Shown in pieces: positions 1 through 6,509 of a stretch of DNA of 19,872 bases. Below the pieces are notes generated by a model. The model ran no database searches, was not told the origin of the DNA, and saw only the letters and a program-made list of their open reading frames with translations. The position numbers and the translations under genes were made by a program. Origin of the DNA: Halobacteriaceae archaeon (GTDB taxonomy: Archaea > Halobacteriota > Halobacteria > Halobacteriales > Halobacteriaceae); contig JBDGTS010000048.1 in NCBI GenBank assembly GCA_042216675.1, forward strand, positions 1-19,872, in the 5' to 3' direction. Position 1 is the first letter of the stretch; each line of letters starts with the position of its first letter.

Positions 1-52
1 GATCATCCCCCTGGCACGGGGAAGGCCCCGGGTTCAAATCCCGGCGAGTCCA
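1..52 (+). tRNA. tRNA-Ala(GGC), 5' end truncated by the window edge
   Basis: Anticodon arm TCCCC-CTGGCAC-GGGGA (6-22, anticodon GGC), T-arm CCGGG-TTCAAAT-CCCGG, acceptor 3' strand CGAGTCC plus discriminator A at 52. No encoded CCA. Confidence 0.93.
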
Positions 53-144
53 CTCACGGTTCGCGCTCCGCGCGAACACGTTCGTTCCCTCGCCGACGCC
101 CCGTTCGCTCCCTGCGGTCGCTCACGGGACTCCCGGCGAGTCCA
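53..144 (+). repeat. tRNA-linked palindromic trailer ending in a 14-bp duplicate of the tRNA 3' end
   Basis: TCCCGGCGAGTCCA at 39-52 recurs exactly at 131-144. Hairpin GTTCGCGC/GCGCGAAC at 59-77, CTCGCCG at 89-95 (antisense to the tRNA end), and CCCGT...ACGGG at 100-128 enclosing TTCGCTC...TCGCTC. Confidence 0.8.
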
Positions 145-177
145 TTTCTAAGGGGACCGAAGCAATTGACGAGCCGA

Positions 178-196
178 GCGTCCGCCCTGCGGACGC
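178..196. other. Perfect 8-bp stem-loop between the convergent tRNA and CDS; possible terminator or processing signal
   Basis: GCGTCCGC-CCT-GCGGACGC, followed by ATTTTAA at 201-207. Confidence 0.4.
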
Positions 197-222
197 GTGG
201 ATTTTAACGGGGTGACCGACCG

Positions 223-2247
223 CTACAGGATGCGGATGTCGTCGAGGACGCCCGTCCGGCGAGCGCCGACGCCGCCCTCCGTGAATGTCGTGTCGATCGC
301 CGACATGGACCCGACGAGCGACCCGTCGGGCGCGTTGACGTCCACGGTAATCTCGCCGTTCGTGCCCCAGTCGACGACGAACTCGTACAGCGTGTCCTTC
401 TCGGCCGTGAGGACTGCCTCGTCTAGTTGGGTGTAGTCGCCGTCGACGCGCTTGTACAACTGGAGGCGGTGGTCGTCGTCGGGGTCGTCGTTGGTCGGGT
501 CGCCGCCGGGGTAGATGCGCGCGAAGTAGAAGTTCTGGAGGTCCTGCATCCCGAACGCCACGCCGAGATTCGGCTCCACGTCCGTCCACGCGGCGTCCGC
601 GGAGAACGTATCGCCCGCCTGCGGATAGCGGGACAGGCCGGCTACCGAGCCGAAGATGGCGGTGCCGGACGCCGTCTTCTTCAGACTGTAGTCGCCGTCG
701 GCCACGAGACCCCCGGTCGTGACCTCGTAGGCGTCCGTGGCACCGGCGTACTCCGAGAGGTCGCCGTCCTCGAAGCTGTCGACGACGCCCGACCGGTCGG
801 CCTGCTCTTCCACCTCCTCGGTGACGACGGTCCCGTCGTTGTCGACGCGGAGGCGGTACCGGTTCTGCCCGTCGGGCGTCGTGAGGACCGCTCCGTTGCC
901 TGCGCCCGCCACCTCCACGTCGTCCTCGCCGACGACCAGCGAGGGGTCGCCGCCGGCCCGGAACTCGTGGCGAGACGAGGCGAACGTCTGTGTCCCCCCG
1001 TGGTAGAACCGAGTCGTCCCGTCGCCGCTCGCGTCCGCGGGGGCCGGCGTCAGCGCCTGCTGGTCGAAGTTCACCGCCCAACCGAGGTCCGTGCTGTGTT
1101 CGGCGGCTTCGAGGTTCACGCCGTACACGTCCACGCCGCGGTGTTTGCCGCCCTCGCCGCCGGTTACGTCGGCGGCGTTCACGCCCGTGGCGTAGCCGTA
1201 GCGGTTGTTCTCCTCGCGGACGTCGATGACAGTCACGTTGTCGTTCGGAGCGGCTCCGTTCTCGAGGCGGACCACGTCGCCCGTCACCGACTGGATGGGC
1301 GCGCCGCCGGTCTGGATTCCCCGGAGTCCGACACCCTCGCAGCCGTCGAGAACGATGCTGTGTTCGCCGCCGCCGCCGCGCCAGTTCGACACGTCGAGGT
1401 CGAAGACGCCTCGGGCGTGGAGCGCACGGGTACAGCCCGTCACCTCACAGCCCTCGATTTCGATGCCGCTCGTGCCGCCGCCTTCCGTCGTGATGCGGAT
1501 GCCAGCCGGAACGGTGTTGCGGCCTTCGAGGCTCTGGCAGTAGAGATTCTCGATGTCCATGTGGCCGATGCCCTGCACGTCGAGGAAGGCCGTCTCGACG
1601 TTCCCGCGGGCGTAGAGGAAGCCGCCATCGAGCGTGACGTTCTCGGTCTTCTCGTCCGGGCCGACGACGAAGAAGCTCTCGATGGGCGCGGTGGCGAACG
1701 CGAGCGTCCACCCCATCTCGATGGTGAGCTTCCCGACGTCCTCGTCGATGACGACGGGGCTCTCGAAGCGCCAGATGCTCCCGCCGTCGATGGACGCCGG
1801 ATCGTCGGGGGCCGGCGGCGGGACGAGAATCCGATGTCCCGGCTGGGTCCCGCCCGTCTCGACGGCCTCCTCGATGGCGGCCGTCAGCTTCTGGTCTAGG
1901 GTCTCGCCCGGGTAGTTGTTGACGACGTGGACGGAGTCCGGTAGTTCGTTCGCGTTCAGCACCCCGTCGTCGTCCACGGAGAGGTGTTGGCCCGCGAAGT
2001 CTCGGATCGACGTCCCCGATGCGCTGGTCGAGAGCGCCCCGAGGTCCGAGAGCGTGTGTCCGTTGGCGTCCACGTCCTGTCTCCACGGTCGATCGCCTCC
2101 GCCGGAACTGGCGGAAGCGCCGCCAACGAGCGCCCCGGCTCCGCCCAGTAGCCCCAGCGCGGCCATCGCGCTCCGGCGCGTCAGTTCCGAACTCGGTCCC
2201 TCGCTCGATACCGCTTCGCCGTCTGTGGTTGGGCTGTCGTCGGTCAT
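223..2247 (-). CDS. Tat-exported protein (674 aa) with a probable right-handed beta-helix (pectin-lyase-like) core and a C-terminal beta-sandwich domain
   Basis: Start moved to ATG 2247 (MTDDS...). Twin-arginine signal ELTRRSAMAALGLLGGAGALVGGASA. Beta-helix-like repeats ENVTLDGG, DIENLYC, IEIEGCEV, DNVTVIDV. The C-terminal region begins VVDSFEDGDLSEY. Acidic composition. Confidence 0.75.
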   Translation of the reverse strand: MTDDSPTTDGEAVSSEGPSSELTRRSAMAALGLLGGAGALVGGASASSGGGDRPWRQDVDANGHTLSDLGALSTSASGTSIRDFAGQHLSVDDDGVLNANELPDSVHVVNNYPGETLDQKLTAAIEEAVETGGTQPGHRILVPPPAPDDPASIDGGSIWRFESPVVIDEDVGKLTIEMGWTLAFATAPIESFFVVGPDEKTENVTLDGGFLYARGNVETAFLDVQGIGHMDIENLYCQSLEGRNTVPAGIRITTEGGGTSGIEIEGCEVTGCTRALHARGVFDLDVSNWRGGGGEHSIVLDGCEGVGLRGIQTGGAPIQSVTGDVVRLENGAAPNDNVTVIDVREENNRYGYATGVNAADVTGGEGGKHRGVDVYGVNLEAAEHSTDLGWAVNFDQQALTPAPADASGDGTTRFYHGGTQTFASSRHEFRAGGDPSLVVGEDDVEVAGAGNGAVLTTPDGQNRYRLRVDNDGTVVTEEVEEQADRSGVVDSFEDGDLSEYAGATDAYEVTTGGLVADGDYSLKKTASGTAIFGSVAGLSRYPQAGDTFSADAAWTDVEPNLGVAFGMQDLQNFYFARIYPGGDPTNDDPDDDHRLQLYKRVDGDYTQLDEAVLTAEKDTLYEFVVDWGTNGEITVDVNAPDGSLVGSMSAIDTTFTEGGVGARRTGVLDDIRIL

Positions 2248-2271
2248 TGCGAACGGGTGGCTCCGCGGCCA

Positions 2272-2311
2272 GTAAAATTTCATAATTAATAATACTTAAT
2301 ATTTTATAAAA
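2272..2311. promoter_or_regulatory. AT-rich divergent promoter region with a palindromic TATA-like element
   Basis: About 40 bp of almost pure A/T in a GC-rich background, between divergent starts at 2247 (-) and 2447 (+). TTTTATAAAA palindrome at 2302-2311. Confidence 0.7.
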
Positions 2312-2446
2312 GTGTGGGGTTTCTAATGGGTCTCGCGGCGGCCGACAGTCCGCGCTTCCGGCACTGCGTCCCCCTGACGCGGGTCGAGGACTGCCCTTAG
2401 TGGGGTGACCACAACTACAATTAGCCGGTGCGACGTCGCGGGCCGT

Positions 2447-3403
2447 ATGCACGTCACGGTCATCGGCGGTGCGGGGGCCGTGGGGTCGACAGTCGCGTAC
2501 ACGCTCGCGACCACCGTCCCCAACCTGACGCTCCGGCTCGTGGACGTCGACGAAGACGGCGCCGAGGGTCACGCAATCGACCTCGAGAACTCGATGCGCC
2601 ACGGCACCCACGCCGCGGGGCGCGCGATAGCCGACGCGACGAACTGGGGCCCGGGGTCCGTGACCACCGCGTCGCCGGGACCCGACGCGGTCCGAGACAC
2701 CGACTGCGTCGTCGTCGTGTACAACGTCTCCCGGACCGAAGACGCCGTGGGTCGAGGCGGACGGGAGAGCTACTGGGAGGCCAACGGCCCCGTCGCGGAC
2801 GAGATCGGGGACTGGCTCGCACCGAACGACCCGACGCCCGTCGTCGTCGTCACGAATCCGATGGACCGTATCACCCATCGTCTGTGGGCGGCCTCGGGGT
2901 GGCCCCGCGAGTCGTTTCTGGGCTACTCGCTGTCGGAGTCCGCCCGCGCGGCGACCGAACTCGGGCGACTACGCGACGCCGACCCGCGCGAGGTGTCCTG
3001 TCCGATGATGGGGCAACACGGTGAGCACGTGGTCCCCGTCTTCTCGAAGACGACGGTGGCGGGCGATCCAATCGAGGTCTCCCCCGAGGAACGGCGGCAA
3101 GTCCTCGACCACGTTCGGGAGGTCCCGTACGAAGTGATGCGACTGCGCGGCCCCGAGGAGTCCTCGCGGTGGGTCTCGGGGCGCGGCGTCGCGACCGTCG
3201 TCCACGCGGTCGTGCAGGGAGGGACGCAGGCGCCAGTCTGTCTCTCCGTCCCGTTGGCCGGGGAGTACGGCTACGAGGGGGTGTCGATGAGCGTCCCCGT
3301 GGTTCTCTCCGGCGACGGGTGGGACCGCATCGAGCGATGGTCGCTCTCCGACTGGGAGCGGTCGCGACTCGACGAGGCGTATCGGGACCTCGCGTCGACG
3401 TAG
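2447..3403 (+). CDS. Lactate/malate dehydrogenase superfamily protein, atypical (318 aa)
   Basis: ATG 2447. Rossmann motif VIGGAGAVG, LVDVD, AEGHAIDL, VVTNPMD, catalytic His in MGQHGE, GEYG and the C-terminal SVPVVL motif. Confidence 0.9.
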   Translation: MHVTVIGGAGAVGSTVAYTLATTVPNLTLRLVDVDEDGAEGHAIDLENSMRHGTHAAGRAIADATNWGPGSVTTASPGPDAVRDTDCVVVVYNVSRTEDAVGRGGRESYWEANGPVADEIGDWLAPNDPTPVVVVTNPMDRITHRLWAASGWPRESFLGYSLSESARAATELGRLRDADPREVSCPMMGQHGEHVVPVFSKTTVAGDPIEVSPEERRQVLDHVREVPYEVMRLRGPEESSRWVSGRGVATVVHAVVQGGTQAPVCLSVPLAGEYGYEGVSMSVPVVLSGDGWDRIERWSLSDWERSRLDEAYRDLAST

Positions 3404-3412
3404 CGCCACCTG

Positions 3413-4381
3413 TCACTCGGCGTACGCGTCCCGGTCACAGGACAGCCAGCCGTCCTCGATTTCGAGGTCCGCGACTTGGAGCGCCGTCTGTCGGGCGCGC
3501 CCCGTCGCGTCCTCCTTCGCATCGGGTTCGTCCATCGACTGGTGGACGTGGTAGAAGACATCGGCATCGCCGTCTGCGACGACTACGTCCGGGTGGCCGC
3601 CGTGCCAGTCGTCGCCTTCGCGGACGCCTGCCTCGTCCAGCAGGCGCCCCTCCTGTCGCGTCCAGTTCTCGGCGTCGGGGGAGCGCCACGCCGTGAGGCC
3701 GTCCCACGAGTCCGCGAGGAGCCAGTAGCACCCGCCGTACTCGAAGACGATGGGCGCCTCGTGCGGTGGCTCCGACACCGCGGGTTCGCTCGCGGCCGTC
3801 CAGTCGAACAGGTCGTCGCTGTCGGCGACGAACGTGGCGTTGCCGGCGCGTTCGTCCTTGTACCACATCCGCCACGACCCGTCGGGGAGGCGATGCACGT
3901 CTGGGTCGATGACGCGGTCCGAGGAGAGCGCGAGGGCCCCTTCGAACGTCCACCCGCCGAGCGAGAGGCCGTCGTTCGTGAAGTGAACGACGTCGCGCGG
4001 CCGGTCCCACGTCTGCGGGATGCCGGTGATGTAACTGACGAACAGGTGATACGTGCCGTCGTGGTGGAGGATTTCGGGCGCCCAGAGTGTGTTGTGGCCC
4101 GGTTCGACGTGCAAATCGAGGGTGCCGCGATACAGCCACGACCGGCCACCGTCGTCGGAGGTAGCGATGCCCACGTCGGAGCCGTGAATCCACGCCTTCC
4201 CGGGCACGTCGGCGTTCGCGCGGCGCTGAGTGTAGAGGAGCCACCACTCCTCAGTTGCGGCGTTCCACATGACCGAGGGGTCGGCCGCGCCGTCGAAGAC
4301 TGGGTCCCGAAACAGCGGTGCGGGCGCGTCGGTGCCGTCGAACGCCGGGTCGGCGCCGTCCGGAAGCGGGGTCCACGTCAC
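3413..4381 (-). CDS. GH43-like five-bladed beta-propeller glycoside hydrolase (322 aa), no signal peptide
   Basis: AADPSV (catalytic base position), Asp-box SDDGGRSW, LWAPEI, VIDPDV, HEAPIV, GHPDVV. GTG start. Confidence 0.8.
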   Translation of the reverse strand: MTWTPLPDGADPAFDGTDAPAPLFRDPVFDGAADPSVMWNAATEEWWLLYTQRRANADVPGKAWIHGSDVGIATSDDGGRSWLYRGTLDLHVEPGHNTLWAPEILHHDGTYHLFVSYITGIPQTWDRPRDVVHFTNDGLSLGGWTFEGALALSSDRVIDPDVHRLPDGSWRMWYKDERAGNATFVADSDDLFDWTAASEPAVSEPPHEAPIVFEYGGCYWLLADSWDGLTAWRSPDAENWTRQEGRLLDEAGVREGDDWHGGHPDVVVADGDADVFYHVHQSMDEPDAKEDATGRARQTALQVADLEIEDGWLSCDRDAYAE

Positions 4382-4420
4382 GTCTTCGCGCTCTCCGGGG
4401 CGGCACTTAGTCGCCTCGTC

Positions 4421-5149
4421 TCACCCCGGCCCGCGCACGTTGGCGTGGACCTCGACTGTCGCCGTCATCAGGGCCGTCGCCGTCATCACGAGCAACGTCG
4501 CTCGGAGCGCCCCCGTGGTGGTGTCCGAGACGCCGACGAGAGCCGCGGCGTCGATAGCGACGAACAGCGCCGTGAACGCGAGGACCGGAAAGAGATGTCG
4601 CAACACGGCGTCGAGCATCGTTCCGGGCGTGCGGACGTGTCGCAGGTATCGCACGGCGAAGGCCGCCCCGTAGCCACCGAACAGGACCGCGGCCGCTGCC
4701 TCGACGCCGCGGAGCGTCGCGCTCCCGACGCCGAAGCCGCCGAGTGCGACGACGGCGACGGCGACGCCGACGAAGCCGACTTCCGTGAGTCGGCGCGGGT
4801 CAGTCAAACCCGCCGCCCGCCGCCGTTCGGACGCTGACACGGCGCCGACGTAGTGGATCTCGCGGACGGTCAGTCCCAACAGGAGAAGGAGCGTCAGCGC
4901 CACCCCACCGCGGACGCCCGTCGGACCGACCGCGAGGTCGACGATTCCGACCACACCCGTCAGCGCCGCCACGGCGCCCGCGAACGTGAGATACTCCCAG
5001 AGGACCCGCTGTGTCTCGATGGCCGTCCGGTAGTTCAGCGCGGCGTACACCGCGAACCGCGCCCCGACGGCGCCGAGCAGACAGAAGCCGACGAGGAAAA
5101 TCAGCCGCAGGCCCGCGTCCGCGTCGGCCAGCGAGAGGGGAACACTCAT
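4421..5149 (-). CDS. Integral membrane protein with about 7 TM helices (242 aa), function unknown
   Basis: ATG 5149 lies 1 bp after the kinase-like gene stop (alternative ATG 5158). Seven hydrophobic segments counted by eye. The upstream part of the track ORF is a shadow of the kinase gene. Confidence 0.8.
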   Translation of the reverse strand: MSVPLSLADADAGLRLIFLVGFCLLGAVGARFAVYAALNYRTAIETQRVLWEYLTFAGAVAALTGVVGIVDLAVGPTGVRGGVALTLLLLLGLTVREIHYVGAVSASERRRAAGLTDPRRLTEVGFVGVAVAVVALGGFGVGSATLRGVEAAAAVLFGGYGAAFAVRYLRHVRTPGTMLDAVLRHLFPVLAFTALFVAIDAAALVGVSDTTTGALRATLLVMTATALMTATVEVHANVRGPG

Positions 5150-5150
5150 C

Positions 5151-6443
5151 TCAACCATCGACGGCCGCGAGTTGGTTGGCGAAGCGTTCGACAGAGCGGT
5201 ACCGGCGAAACTTTTCGGTCGCAGTCGCGGTGGCGATGACGTCGTCGAGCGCCGAGGGGAGCGACGGCACCACCTCGCTCGGCGGCGCCGGGCGCGACTC
5301 GCGCCCCCCGTCCCCGTCGAACGGCGGGTCCCCGGTGAACAGCGCGTAGGCGAGGGCACCGAGGTGGTACGTGTCCGTTCGCGCGTCGACGGCGCCCCGT
5401 GCGTCGTCGAAGCACTCCGGGGCGGCGTAGCGCGGGTCGACACCCCCCTCCAGTTCCGGTGCGAGGCCGACGTTGGTGAGTTTCGGCACCGTCGTCCCGT
5501 CTCCCGGTGCGAGGACGACCGACCGGGGTTCGATGCCGCCGTGGACCACGTCTCGCTGGTGGGCGTAGGCGACGGCGCGAGCGAGCGCCACCGTCACGTC
5601 GCGGGCCGCCGCGGGCGAAAGCGGTTCCCGACCGGCGAGGGTGTCCGTCGAATACTCGACGACGGCCCACGGTTCCGGGGCGCGCCCCCAGTCGTGAACG
5701 CCGACGACGTTCCTGTGGTCGGCGACTCGCTCCCACCCATCGACGCCGCGTTCGAACGCCGCGGGGTCCGCGCTCTCGAAGCGCTTTATCAGCACGTTCT
5801 CGGTGCCGCCGTCGAGGCGCCCGATGGCGTCGTAGGCATCGGCGTGGCGGAGGCCCGCGGCCGGCATTATCTGGTCCACGTCCGCGACGGCGCTTCGCTG
5901 TGCGACGTCGCGAGCGGCCGCGAGCGAGCCCGACCGCTCGTCTCCGTCGTCGCGCGTCTCCTCGTCGTTCGTCTCTTCGTCGCTCCGTTCGTCGGGTGCG
6001 TCTCGCTCGGCGGTGCTCTCGCCGTCGCCGGCGTCGGTGAGGACCCGGACGCCCCCCTCCGTCCGCCGCCCGGTCCGCGTGAGGTCGAGCGACACGCTCC
6101 CGACGGGCCGCACCTCGTCGGCGTCGGTGTCCGCCCGGTCGGCCAGCGATTCGCGGGTCCGCTCGGGATAGGCCGTCAGCAGATACTGGAGCGCCGCCGC
6201 CACGGCCGGCGCGTCCTCGTCGTGTCGGTCGGCGAGCCGACTCGCGAAGTAGTCCACCGTGTCGGGGTGGGCCTCGGCGACCGCGCCGAGCGCCGCCACC
6301 GCACCCAGCCTCGTCGCCTCGTCGTCGGCGTCGAAGCGCGCGAGCAGGGCTGTCGGGCGCTCTCGACCGGCGTCCGGGTCGTCGACGACGGTCCTCAGAA
6401 ACGCGTCCATCTCCCCCACACCGGTCGGGCCGACGGTGGCCAC
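5151..6443 (-). CDS. Hanks-type Ser/Thr kinase-fold protein, probably catalytically inactive, with an N-terminal HEAT-like helical region
   Basis: VLIKRF, HRNVVGVHD, VVEY, AYAHQRDVVHGGIEPRSV, KLTNVGLA, YAAPE, DTYHLG, TGDPPF. Start is uncertain (GTG 6443 or ATG 6410). Confidence 0.85.
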   Translation of the reverse strand: MATVGPTGVGEMDAFLRTVVDDPDAGRERPTALLARFDADDEATRLGAVAALGAVAEAHPDTVDYFASRLADRHDEDAPAVAAALQYLLTAYPERTRESLADRADTDADEVRPVGSVSLDLTRTGRRTEGGVRVLTDAGDGESTAERDAPDERSDEETNDEETRDDGDERSGSLAAARDVAQRSAVADVDQIMPAAGLRHADAYDAIGRLDGGTENVLIKRFESADPAAFERGVDGWERVADHRNVVGVHDWGRAPEPWAVVEYSTDTLAGREPLSPAAARDVTVALARAVAYAHQRDVVHGGIEPRSVVLAPGDGTTVPKLTNVGLAPELEGGVDPRYAAPECFDDARGAVDARTDTYHLGALAYALFTGDPPFDGDGGRESRPAPPSEVVPSLPSALDDVIATATATEKFRRYRSVERFANQLAAVDG

Positions 6444-6509
6444 CTACATAGGCGTTCGTGGTCGGCCGGCTTCCACACATTCATAGGCCGCCCCCCGGTA
6501 CGATTCTCC

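Noticed and set aside
4421-5149. Microbial rhodopsin
   Set aside because: It has seven TM segments but no Lys in helix 7 and no rhodopsin helix-C motif.
5172-6509. 910-aa ORF 5172-7904 read as a GH28 with a long N-terminal fusion
   Set aside because: The first 446 codons are the antisense shadow of the kinase-fold gene and are Arg/Val/Gly-rich. GH28-like acidic sequence starts at ATG 6510.
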